Shown here: positions 1 to 9,304 of the stretch, piece after piece
How the letters are laid out: every line of letters begins with the position of its first letter
Numbering within the stretch: position 1 is the first letter of the stretch
Source: Microcoleus sp.
GTDB taxonomy: Bacteria; Cyanobacteriota; Cyanobacteriia; Cyanobacteriales; Microcoleaceae
Assembly: GCA_042408215.1 (NCBI GenBank)
Contig: JAYFMW010000028.1
Span: 32,001 to 96,000, forward strand
Direction of reading: 5' to 3'
DNA: 64,000 nt
Notes under the pieces: generated by a model
Told to the model about the DNA's origin: nothing
The model's input: the letters and a program-made list of their open reading frames with translations, nothing else
Databases searched by the model: none
Translations under genes and position numbers: made by a program

Positions 1-2
1 TC

Positions 3-1544
3 CTATTAGACGGGATGAAAGTAGTCGGAGAACTGTTCGGATCGGGACAAATGCAACTGCCGTTTGTATTGCAGTCAGCCGAAACCATGAAAGCGGCAGT
101 TGCCTATTTAGAACCGTACATGGAAAAGTCCGAATCCGGCGACAATGCCAAAGGAACATTCATCATTGCTACTGTCAAGGGCGACGTTCACGACATCGGC
201 AAAAACTTGGTTGATATTATCTTATCAAACAACGGCTATCGAGTAATTAATTTGGGAATTAAACAGCCAGTTGATAACATAATTGATGCCTACGAAAAGC
301 ACAAAGCTGATTGTATCGCCATGAGTGGATTGCTGGTAAAATCCACGGCATTTATGAAAGAAAACTTGGAGGTATTTAACCAGAGAGGAATTACGGTTCC
401 GGTAATTTTGGGCGGTGCAGCTTTAACTCCCAAGTTTGTGCATGAAGATTGCCAAAATACTTACAAAGGTAAAGTCGTTTACGGCAAAGATGCGTTTTCT
501 GACTTGCATTTTATGGACAAACTCATGCCAGCAAAATCTGCTGGTAACTGGGAAGATTTGCAAGGATTTTTAGGCGAGTTTGCTGAAAATGGCAATGGGG
601 CGGTTAAATCAGCTAAGACTTCTGAAGAAATCGCTGTTGAGGATGCGAAGAAAGCCGCCAAACTAGAAACTCCGGCTGTTATAGATACTAACCGTTCCGA
701 AGCAGTTGATGCAAATATCGATCGCCCAAATCCTCCATTTTGGGGAACTCAGTTATTGCGGCCAGAAGAAATCCCCTTTGAAGAGATTTTCTGGCACTTA
801 GATTTGCAAGCCTTAGTTGCTGGACAGTGGCAGTTCCGCAAGCCGAAAGACCAATCGCGGGAAGAATACGATGCTTTCTTAGCTGAGACAGTATATCCGA
901 TTTTGGAACAGTGGAAACATAAAATAATCACTGAAAAACTGTTGCATCCGCAAGCAATTTACGGCTATTTTCCCTGTCAGTCTGAAGGCAATTCTTTGTA
1001 TGTGTATGACCCGGAAATTATGAAGGGCGGGCAAGATGTATCGACACCCGCAGCAACCTTCACATTTCCCCGCCAAAAATCGGCGCGCAGAATGTGCATT
1101 GCTGATTTCTTCGCACCCAAAGAATCGGGTAAAATTGATGTATTTCCGATGCAAGTAGCGACAGTGGGCGAGATTGCGACAGAGTATGCACAAAAGCTGT
1201 TTGCTAATAATCAATATACCGATTATCTCTACTTTCACGGGTTAGCGGTACAGACAGCCGAAGCAGTGGCAGAATGGACTCACGCGCGGATTCGCCGGGA
1301 ATTGGGATTTGCAAGCGAAGAACCGGATAATATTCGCGATATGCTTGCCCAAAGATATCGGGGTTCGCGCTACAGTTTCGGCTATCCTGCTTGTCCGAAT
1401 ATGGCGGATCAGTACAAGCAGTTGGATTTGTTGAAGTGCGATCGCATTAACCTATATATGGATGAAAGCGAACAACTTTATCCCGAACAATCTACAACCG
1501 CAATTATCACCTATCATCCAGCAGCGAAATACTTTACTGCTTAA
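3..1544 (+). CDS. metH: Cobalamin-dependent methionine synthase, 3' part (5'-truncated by window edge)
   Basis: B12-binding motif [15 protein letters not shown]...SGLL; activation-domain motif [10 protein letters not shown]. The frame is open from position 3 (LLDGMKVVG). Confidence 0.97.
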   Translation, partial: LLDGMKVVGELFGSGQMQLPFVLQSAETMKAAVAYLEPYMEKSESGDNAKGTFIIATVKGDVHDIGKNLVDIILSNNGYRVINLGIKQPVDNIIDAYEKHKADCIAMSGLLVKSTAFMKENLEVFNQRGITVPVILGGAALTPKFVHEDCQNTYKGKVVYGKDAFSDLHFMDKLMPAKSAGNWEDLQGFLGEFAENGNGAVKSAKTSEEIAVEDAKKAAKLETPAVIDTNRSEAVDANIDRPNPPFWGTQLLRPEEIPFEEIFWHLDLQALVAGQWQFRKPKDQSREEYDAFLAETVYPILEQWKHKIITEKLLHPQAIYGYFPCQSEGNSLYVYDPEIMKGGQDVSTPAATFTFPRQKSARRMCIADFFAPKESGKIDVFPMQVATVGEIATEYAQKLFANNQYTDYLYFHGLAVQTAEAVAEWTHARIRRELGFASEEPDNIRDMLAQRYRGSRYSFGYPACPNMADQYKQLDLLKCDRINLYMDESEQLYPEQSTTAIITYHPAAKYFTA

Positions 1545-1605
1545 TTTGTAGGGTGCACATTGTGCACCTTTTTCTCGTTTTTCTACTCGTTACCAGGCTC
1601 TACCG

Positions 1606-1797
1606 ATTGGTGACAACTTAACGTTAAATCTTTAGTCTCTCTTGTTTATCTCGAAGTCTAGATCCCCCCTAGCCCCCCTTAATAAGGGGGGGACAAGAGT
1701 ATTATCAAAGTCCCCCTTCTTAAGGGGGATTTAGGGGGATCGAGACTCGACTACAAGCGACATTTATTATGGATTTCAGTGTTAAGTTGTCACCAAT
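1606..1797. mobile_element. MITE-like element with perfect 17-bp terminal inverted repeats
   Basis: ATTGGTGACAACTTAAC (1606-1622) and GTTAAGTTGTCACCAAT (1781-1797); internal CCCCCTT..AAGGGGG hairpins; relatives at ~33325-33553, ~23970-24190 and ~59974. Confidence 0.7.
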
Positions 1798-1865
1798 GGG
1801 TAGAACCTGGGAACGAGAAAAATGTCCCATGCCCGATGCCCAATGCCCAATGCCCGAGATCCATC

Positions 1866-2489
1866 TTACGAGTGATTGCGGGGAGTGCGCGCGCCGGCAG
1901 ATGCTCCAGCCATTGATGCAACTAAACCCAGCAGGGAGCCGAACAAAAACGACCAGCCAGCCTTTGCAGCATTACCAGCAATATTGCGAGTATCCTGAGC
2001 AGTTACGTTAGGCGGTTGGTTCGGTAAATTTACCCCGCCTTGCTGCGCTTGATTGAGCGCTTCTCCAGCATTAGCGGCGATTACGCCAAAAGTACCAGCT
2101 ACGCCATTTGCTAACAGCCAAGAGCCGATTGTTAAGGTAGTTGCCCACAAAATTGCTCCGTTCAAAAGCGCTGTGCTGCGGTTCATCGGCCCGCAGGCGC
2201 GAGCTGTTACCCAACCGCCAATGCCCAAGCTGATTAGCAAACTGATAATTGACCAAATTCCGACGCCGGTACCCACGTCCCCTGCTATACTGCGCGGAGC
2301 TCCTGAACTAGCAATGTTGCTCAACCCGATCGCAGCGCCCAATGCACTTAAAACCAGTTGTGTGCCGATCGCAATTACCAAACCTGAGAAAATCGGGCCC
2401 CACCGCACTCGATCGTGATATTCCATCACTGAATTCACCACCACGGGTTCGGTAACAAAGTTATCTACAGGTCTATTTACGTATGCCAT
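1866..2489 (-). CDS. Conserved membrane protein (about 4 TM helices)
   Basis: 207-aa ORF, RVRWGPIFSG followed by hydrophobic helices; AGGAAA upstream of ATG. Confidence 0.75.
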   Translation of the reverse strand: MAYVNRPVDNFVTEPVVVNSVMEYHDRVRWGPIFSGLVIAIGTQLVLSALGAAIGLSNIASSGAPRSIAGDVGTGVGIWSIISLLISLGIGGWVTARACGPMNRSTALLNGAILWATTLTIGSWLLANGVAGTFGVIAANAGEALNQAQQGGVNLPNQPPNVTAQDTRNIAGNAAKAGWSFLFGSLLGLVASMAGASAGARTPRNHS

Positions 2490-2811
2490 AGCTTTTCCTT
2501 TCCTCTGAGACTTGCTTTTATTTTTAACAATCTTTCACCTAAGCATTGATTGTGGCTGAGATTGATAGAAACTATATCTGTCTGGGGAAATAACCGCTCT
2601 CTATGTCTGAAGAAAGAAACGAACAAGTCATCAGCCCTCAACCAGCAGCTATTAGCTAATAAGCTTCTCCCGTAATAGTTGTGAAACAGGCATCCTGCCT
2701 GTGGTTGACTATCTTTTTAGGAGAAGTCTATTCACTGATGGCGGATGACTGATGACTGATGGCGATTCTATCCAGTTATAAAAGTTGGGGGATGTATAGA
2801 AAAAAGACAGC

Positions 2812-3138
2812 TTAGCGCAGTCTTACCGCTGTCCCAACGGCAGTAATCAGCAGCAGAGCCCCGGAAGAGTCTACATTAATCGTGCCGGTGTCAATTTCCA
2901 CTCCGATGACGGCATTTGCTCCCAGCCTCTGAGCCCGTTTTTCGAGTTCTGCGAGTGCATCTCGCTGTCCTTTGAGGAACACTTCCTCGTAACTGCCGGT
3001 GCGCCCGCCGATGATGTCGCGAATACCCGCGAAGAAATCTCGCAGGGCGTTGGTGCCGTAAACCACCTCAGCAGTTACAATTCCCAAGTAAGATTGAATT
3101 TCTGCTCCTTGGATGATATCAGTTGTTGTTACAATCAT
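2812..3138 (-). CDS. YbjQ/UPF0145 family protein
   Basis: MIVTTTD...RDFFAGIRDIIGGRTGSYE...LGANAVIGV...GTAV is the typical UPF0145 signature. Confidence 0.92.
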   Translation of the reverse strand: MIVTTTDIIQGAEIQSYLGIVTAEVVYGTNALRDFFAGIRDIIGGRTGSYEEVFLKGQRDALAELEKRAQRLGANAVIGVEIDTGTINVDSSGALLLITAVGTAVRLR

Positions 3139-3288
3139 CAGTTGGCCTCGATCGCGAAAATTTTGAGTTAGTCTTGTTCTGTAGATTTACTACATCTCGT
3201 CGCTCAGAGATTCCTGGTACATCCTCAGTTGTCTGTTTGGCAAACTGACATTAATTCGCTCTTTCATTTCACACACTCTTTGAAACAA

Positions 3289-4389
3289 ATGGCCGTGTAC
3301 AAACAAATTCTCTTGGTATTCAGTACGTTGTTGGTGGCGGGACTCGCTGTCACTGCGCCGATCGGGGCACTCTCAGCAGAAACGTCTGTTGAAGTTAACC
3401 CTGAAAATAATTCAAATTTGGATGCTTTGCTGCGAAAAGGACGCGAGTTGGTCGATTTGGGAGACTACGGTAAGGCGATCGCCATTTATGAGCAAGCCGC
3501 CCGTTTAGATACTGAAAACCCGCGCATTTTTTCCGGTATTGGTTATTTAGAAGCGCGTCAGGGCAACTATCAAGCAGCAGTAGAATTTTACCAACAAGCG
3601 ATCGGTCTGGAACCCAACAATGCTGACTTTCAATACGCCCTAGGATATGCTATGGCGAATTTGCAAAACTATCCCGCTGCTGCTACCGCCTACCGCCGCG
3701 CCGCTGTGCTCGATCGCAAAAATGTTAATGCCCTGATCGGTCTTGGCGTGGTACTATTTCAGCAACAAGATTACAGCGGCGCTTTTAAAGCTTACCAACA
3801 GGCGATCGCGATCGACCCGAAAAGTTGGCAAGCTTATTCTTCAATGGGTTTAGTATTAATCCAGCAAGGAAACTTTGCTAGTGCAGTTAATCTGCTCCAA
3901 CAAGCCGCCAAACTCGCTCCCAAACAAGCCAGCGTACAGTTAAAATTAGGTACTGCTTTACTCCGTAGTGGCAACACTTCCGAAGGGCTGGCAGCTTTTG
4001 AAGAAGCTGCTAAACTAGAGCCTCGGAATCCAGAAGTGCAGTTAGAAATCGGCCAACTTCTCAAAGCTCAAAACGACTTCGACGGAGCGCTTGTAGCTTA
4101 TCAGCGTGCGATTACGGTGCGACCTAATTTAGTCCAAGCACACGCAGCGATCGGGGAAATTCAACTGGAAAAACAAGATTTCTTAGGAGCGATTATCACT
4201 TTTCGGCGCGTGATTCAGCTTGACCCTAACAGAGCCGAAGCTTATTATAACTTGGGTACTGCTCTCCAAAGGCGCGATCGCACATCCGAAGCAATTCAAG
4301 CTTTTCAACAAGCCCTCGATACTTATCGCCAGCAAGGTAACAATGATGGTGCAGAAAAAGCTGAGGCGGCGCTCATGGAACTCAAGTAA
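3289..4389 (+). CDS. Secreted/periplasmic TPR-repeat protein
   Basis: Signal-peptide-like N-terminus from ATG 3289; about 9 TPR units (A..AYQQAI..dP). Confidence 0.88.
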   Translation: MAVYKQILLVFSTLLVAGLAVTAPIGALSAETSVEVNPENNSNLDALLRKGRELVDLGDYGKAIAIYEQAARLDTENPRIFSGIGYLEARQGNYQAAVEFYQQAIGLEPNNADFQYALGYAMANLQNYPAAATAYRRAAVLDRKNVNALIGLGVVLFQQQDYSGAFKAYQQAIAIDPKSWQAYSSMGLVLIQQGNFASAVNLLQQAAKLAPKQASVQLKLGTALLRSGNTSEGLAAFEEAAKLEPRNPEVQLEIGQLLKAQNDFDGALVAYQRAITVRPNLVQAHAAIGEIQLEKQDFLGAIITFRRVIQLDPNRAEAYYNLGTALQRRDRTSEAIQAFQQALDTYRQQGNNDGAEKAEAALMELK

Positions 4390-4616
4390 TTGGGAATTGG
4401 GCATTGGGCATTGGGCATTGTTAACTGTTGACTGTTAACTGTTGACTGTTAACGAATAACGAATAACGAATAACGAATAACTAATAACTAATAACCAATG
4501 CCCAATGCCCGATGCCCGATGCCCAATGCCCGATGCCCAATGCCCAATGCCCGATGCCCGATGCCCGATGCCCAATGCCCGATGCCCAATGCCCAATGCC
4601 CAATGCCCAATGCCCC
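4390..4616. repeat. Mosaic of heptamer short tandem repeats (STRR)
   Basis: Blocks of TGGGCAT, TGTT(A/G)AC, GAATAAC/TAATAAC and TGCCC(A/G)A. Confidence 0.92.
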
Positions 4617-4634
4617 ATCCTCAGAGCTTCATCT

Positions 4635-6323
4635 ATGCAAACCTATGATGTGATTATCATCGGAGCTGGTCACAACGGACTGGTCTGTGCCTCTTATCTC
4701 CTCAAAGCGGGATATACCGTCCTCTTGTTAGAAAAACGTTCGGTTCCCGGCGGCGCCGCAACTACCGAAGCTGTGATTCCCGAATTGCCGGATTTTAAAT
4801 TCAACCTTTGTGCGATCGACCACGAATTTATCCATTTAGGGCCTGTTGTCGAAGAATTAGAATTGGGAAAATACGGATTAGAATATCTCGAATGCGATCC
4901 GGTTGTCTTTTGTCCCCATCCCGACGGCAAGTATTTTTTAGCTCACAAATCCCTCGAAAAAACCTGTGCTGAAATTGCCCGATACAGCGAACGAGATGCT
5001 AAAAAATATGCCGAATATACCGATTATTGGCAACGCGCTTTAAATGCCATGATTCCGATGTTCAATGCGCCTCCCAAGTCGATTATAGATATTGCTGGCA
5101 ACTATAATATTGCCCAACTCAAAGATTTATTTTCAGTCATCGGTTCCCCAGAAAAAAGCCTGGATTTTGTACGCACGATGCTCGCCAGCGCTGAGGACAT
5201 TCTTAATGAGTGGTTTGATGAGGAATTTCTGAAAGCACCCTTAGCCAGATTGTCCGCAGAATTGGGTGCTCCTCCATCGCAAAAAACGATCGCGATCGGC
5301 GCAATTATGATGGCAATGCGCCACAATCCAGGTATGGCAAGACCGCGCGGAGGTACGGGTGCATTAGTCCAAGCGCTGCTCAATTTAGTCAAAAGCTACG
5401 GGGGTGTGGTACTTACCGATCGGCACGTCGAGAAAATATTAGTTGATGATGGCCGCGCTGTGGGAGTTCGAGTTGCCGGTGGCACAGAATATCGAGCTAC
5501 AAAAGGTGTCATTTCTAATATTGATGCGAAGCGTTTGTTTTTGCTAATTGATGACAGCGATGTCGATGCTGCTGACCCGAATTTGCGGGAAAGATTGGAA
5601 CGCAAAATTGTTAATAACAACGAAAGTATTCTGAAAATAGATTTGGCTCTGAATGAGGCTCCAAAGTTCGATCGCTGGAATCATCAAGATGAATATTTAA
5701 TCGGTTCTATTTTGATTGCCGATTCGGTGAAACACGTTGAGATTGCTCATACTCAGCCTGCGATCGGCAAAATTCCTGATGCCGATCCGTCGATGTATGT
5801 GGTGGTGCCCACAATGCGAGATCCATCAATGGCTCCCCCCGGACATCATACGGTTTGGATTGAATTTTTTGCTCCTTACCAAATCGAAAATGCTGAGGGA
5901 ACTGGGCTCAACGGTACGGGTTGGACGGACGAATTGAAGCACAAAGTTGCCGATCGATGTATTGACAAATTGGCAGAATATGCACCCAATATCAAGAACG
6001 CAATTATCGGGCGGCGGGTGGAAAGTCCGGCAGAATTGGGAGAGCGTTTGGGGGCTTTTAAGGGGAATTGTTACCACATTGACATGACGCTGGATCAGAT
6101 GATATTTTTCCGCCCTTTACCGGAGTTGGCTAATTACAAAACGCCGATCGACGGTTTGTATCTCACGGGGGCGGGTACCCATCCGGGCGGCTCGATTTCG
6201 GGGATGCCCGGACGCAATACGGCTCGCGTTTTCATGCACGCTCAGCAGCCGATCGCGCAGATTTTGGCGGATGTGACCAATTCTTTGAAATCGACGGCTA
6301 AGTCGGTGTTTCGAGGGCATTAG
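4635..6323 (+). CDS. crtO: Beta-carotene ketolase (CrtI-like FAD oxidoreductase)
   Basis: Real start MQTYDVIIIGAGHNGLVCA at 4635 (the upstream MPDAQCP repeats are translated STRR); C-terminal LYLTGAGTHPGGSISGMPGRN matches the cyanobacterial CrtO pattern. Confidence 0.85.
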   Translation: MQTYDVIIIGAGHNGLVCASYLLKAGYTVLLLEKRSVPGGAATTEAVIPELPDFKFNLCAIDHEFIHLGPVVEELELGKYGLEYLECDPVVFCPHPDGKYFLAHKSLEKTCAEIARYSERDAKKYAEYTDYWQRALNAMIPMFNAPPKSIIDIAGNYNIAQLKDLFSVIGSPEKSLDFVRTMLASAEDILNEWFDEEFLKAPLARLSAELGAPPSQKTIAIGAIMMAMRHNPGMARPRGGTGALVQALLNLVKSYGGVVLTDRHVEKILVDDGRAVGVRVAGGTEYRATKGVISNIDAKRLFLLIDDSDVDAADPNLRERLERKIVNNNESILKIDLALNEAPKFDRWNHQDEYLIGSILIADSVKHVEIAHTQPAIGKIPDADPSMYVVVPTMRDPSMAPPGHHTVWIEFFAPYQIENAEGTGLNGTGWTDELKHKVADRCIDKLAEYAPNIKNAIIGRRVESPAELGERLGAFKGNCYHIDMTLDQMIFFRPLPELANYKTPIDGLYLTGAGTHPGGSISGMPGRNTARVFMHAQQPIAQILADVTNSLKSTAKSVFRGH

Positions 6324-6444
6324 AAGTAAGATTTTTTAACCGCAGATGAACGCAGGTGAACGCAGATGGCAATGTGAGTCATCTGCGTTTATTTGTGTTG
6401 ATTGGCGAAGTTGAGCGTTCCTCAGATTGAGTGGGTGCTGTGTA

Positions 6445-6762
6445 TTAATGTCGCTTCTTTTGATTGGAAGGCGGTTTAACAGACTCTTCTCTATTTAAGT
6501 AATATAAAAGCGCGATCGATCCCCCGATCAGGACAACGGCTACTATTATCATAGTAGCCATTATTTTTAAACCAGATGAGTATACCATCAGAATTAACCC
6601 CAGATAAGGGACTCCTAACAAAATAGCAGTACCTAGGGTTTTTAAGGGCGTCCACTTAATCTTGAGTGTCGTGGTTTTGTATGGTTGACCAGTAAGTTTG
6701 TAGTGTTCTTTAGATGGGCCTAAAGGTTGTACAGGCGGTACTATGGGTTTGTGAGGAGGCAT
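6445..6762 (-). CDS. Small hypothetical membrane protein (2 TM)
   Basis: 105-aa ORF with two hydrophobic segments and a basic tail. Confidence 0.55.
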   Translation of the reverse strand: MPPHKPIVPPVQPLGPSKEHYKLTGQPYKTTTLKIKWTPLKTLGTAILLGVPYLGLILMVYSSGLKIMATMIIVAVVLIGGSIALLYYLNREESVKPPSNQKKRH

Positions 6763-6996
6763 ACCGTACTCTTGGAGATCAGTTCGTTAATAGTTATTTT
6801 TTCTGGGGTTTGCTATTTGATCCGGATTAAACTTGAGAAATATGTAAATTAGAAGTTGTTGGGGATACAATACAAAATGGCGATTGCGTTGCTGCATCTC
6901 CAAATCTACATTTATTTTCCGGAGCGACTTACCCAATTCATGTATTAAGTAATCATCCTTAGTGACAAGACAATTTGTATTGAGTTGAGTAGGGTT

Positions 6997-7698
6997 ATGA
7001 TTGATATCGATATTACAAGTTTTGACTTTGCAGACTTTGGCTGCTCTAACGGTAGCTCAATTCAATTTGGAATGGAGGTACTCAAAGGGCGTAAGGGATT
7101 CGGCATCGATCTCGATCCGAAGAAAATAGTATCAGCTAAAGCTGCTGGATATGAAGCCATCAAAGGAGATTTTTGCAATCTCGATCTCCCAGATGGTTGC
7201 GTAGATTTTACAATTCTCAGCCATACTTTAGAGCATTTACCAACTTTAGATTGTGCCAAAGAAGCAATAAAAAATGCTCTCCGAATATCGAGAAAGTTCG
7301 TTTTTATTAGAGGTCCTTTTTTCGATGCTGATGACTACTTGAAATCTTTAGGTCTCAAATTCTATTGGTCTGACTGGATCGGTCATACTTTGCATCTAAA
7401 AGCTGAGCAAGTAATGAACATTCTTGAAGATATAAACACGCCCAACTATGAAATATATGGGAGAGTTCTGCTTGAATCTTCGAGAGATGCAACTATTCAC
7501 CCGCTATCATCACTTAAAAACCAACATCAGTGGGTTATGGAAAAACATGGAGTAAAACCAATATTGACACTCACTCAAGCAATTTACAGAGAATTTATTG
7601 GTATTATTTGGTTGTCTAAGGATGTAAGTGTCTCTGATGTCCGAAATGTGTCACACAAACATTTGCTTTATCAAAAAGGGACACTTTTTCCTCTATAG
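6997..7698 (+). CDS. Class I SAM-dependent methyltransferase
   Basis: Motif I DFGCSNG, GIDLD, and SHTLEHL; ATG 6997 (alternative TTG 6985). Confidence 0.8.
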   Translation: MIDIDITSFDFADFGCSNGSSIQFGMEVLKGRKGFGIDLDPKKIVSAKAAGYEAIKGDFCNLDLPDGCVDFTILSHTLEHLPTLDCAKEAIKNALRISRKFVFIRGPFFDADDYLKSLGLKFYWSDWIGHTLHLKAEQVMNILEDINTPNYEIYGRVLLESSRDATIHPLSSLKNQHQWVMEKHGVKPILTLTQAIYREFIGIIWLSKDVSVSDVRNVSHKHLLYQKGTLFPL

Positions 7699-7763
7699 TT
7701 AATTACCTTGGGAATGGTAATAAGTTAAGCGATCGTATCTTAAACTTATTACCATTCATCTAT

Positions 7764-8465
7764 TCACTTTAAGTCTCTTCTTTTTCGACCAATAAATCTA
7801 AATGCTTTGGTCATTAAATCGACTTGACTGAATTTATTTTGATCGACATCTTTAGGGATTTCCTTCGTTTCGTAAAACACTGAGTGATCTTCTATATTCC
7901 AAGGCTGTTTACCAACATAACTTAGAAAAGATGAAGATGTCATTTTGTTTAAAAAATGTCCTGATGTTTTGCTATCCTTAAGAGGATTATCAGTTAAATA
8001 ATATTCGGAATTTTATTGTAAATGCTCCCAATTTTCCAGACGTTTTCCGTCGAAGTTAACGTGGCTTCCGTAACTTGAATAATACAAGGGATTAACAGTT
8101 AGATACAAAATGCCATTGACCTTTAAGATTCTGTTCATCTCCGAAAGAGAAGAATCTAGGTTTTGAACGTGTTCTAAAACAGAATGTGACACTATAATAT
8201 CTAAGCTTTTATCCTCTACTGGGATCGGGCTAACCCCATCATAGAGTAGAAACTTAACTCCAGGATGGTGAGAAGAATAATCTTCTACATCTCAACCATA
8301 AACCGGATCAAACTTTTCCTTTTAAAATTGACCAAATCCCCATTTTCCCATGCCAAACTCTAGTAAAGTTTGGGTTTTAGATAACTTGACTTTAGATGAT
8401 AGGTGTGTAAACAAATCATCAAAAATTTTCCTAGTTAGTTCCCATCTATCTTGAATTGTGTACAT
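7764..8465 (-). pseudogene. Decayed class I SAM-dependent methyltransferase
   Basis: GGAGG RBS, ATG 8465, MYTIQDRW...LLEFGMGKW, then a frameshift near 8340 and in-frame stops at 8322-8324, 8292-8294 and 8013-8015. The continuation reads DIIVSHSVLEHV...EMNRILKVNG and ends at TGA 7764. Confidence 0.85.
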
Positions 8466-9240
8466 GAGTTACCTCCTCAGTTTTTTGGAAAATTGTAAAA
8501 AATTCATTGTCAGGCTTTTCAATATCCTTGGAATCAACAAGCTTTAAATCAATATATTTTGACGCATACAGCTCCTTGCAGATATTCGTAAAAGAGTGAA
8601 AGTCAAAAATATTACAATGTACATCAACATATCCCTTCCTAGAGACTTCTGAACGAGCTAATTCTAAAGCTTCAAATGCAGTCGAAAAACGTTTTTGATT
8701 GAGGAGTTCTTGAAAATCTCCTTTCCACACATCAAGGGCTGAAATAGGTCTGTAAAAGTAAAGATGCTCAAATACCTGATAAATTGTCGGTATGTTCAGG
8801 TCTTCATCATAATTCCGAATGATTTGCGATAAAGATGTCAGGTTTCTTATTTTGTCAAAAGTATATTCTTTATGGGGAACAGAAAGAAATAAAAAGCCAT
8901 CTTTTTTGAGAATTGAAGATACATTATTGAACCAACCAATGATATTCGGAATATGTTCTATTACATGATTGGCAATCACTAAATCAAATTCTTGATTAAT
9001 AGGCTTGTGAAAGTTTTTGTCTTTGACAACAAAATCAACTTCAACTAGATTTTCTGCCTTCTGCGGATTGTTATATTGGTGTTTGAGATACAGTTCAGCT
9101 TTAGAAAACCAATCCAGGTAAAATATATTAGCTTCTGCTTTATGAAAGGTAGGATTATCAAGAGCACCAATTTCGAGAATTTTAGCCGATGATAGCTCGA
9201 TAATTTTTTTTACAAACAATTGACGTGATGACTTTGGCAT
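8446..9240 (-). CDS. Methyltransferase-domain protein
   Basis: ILEIGALDNP, FDLVIANHVIEHIPN...ILKKDGFLFLSVP; probable ATG 9240. Confidence 0.85.
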   Translation of the reverse strand: MPKSSRQLFVKKIIELSSAKILEIGALDNPTFHKAEANIFYLDWFSKAELYLKHQYNNPQKAENLVEVDFVVKDKNFHKPINQEFDLVIANHVIEHIPNIIGWFNNVSSILKKDGFLFLSVPHKEYTFDKIRNLTSLSQIIRNYDEDLNIPTIYQVFEHLYFYRPISALDVWKGDFQELLNQKRFSTAFEALELARSEVSRKGYVDVHCNIFDFHSFTNICKELYASKYIDLKLVDSKDIEKPDNEFFTIFQKTEEVTHVHNSR

Positions 9241-9304
9241 AACTATTTTTCCTGCTTCGGGTTGTCTCAAGTATTGGAAATTATTTAAAGTAGCAAAAAA
9301 ACTA

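Noticed and set aside
4512..4634. N-terminal MPDAQCP repeats on CrtO (also ORF 1769..2011)
   Set aside because: Translation of TGCCC(A/G)A heptamer repeats; the real start is ATG 4635.
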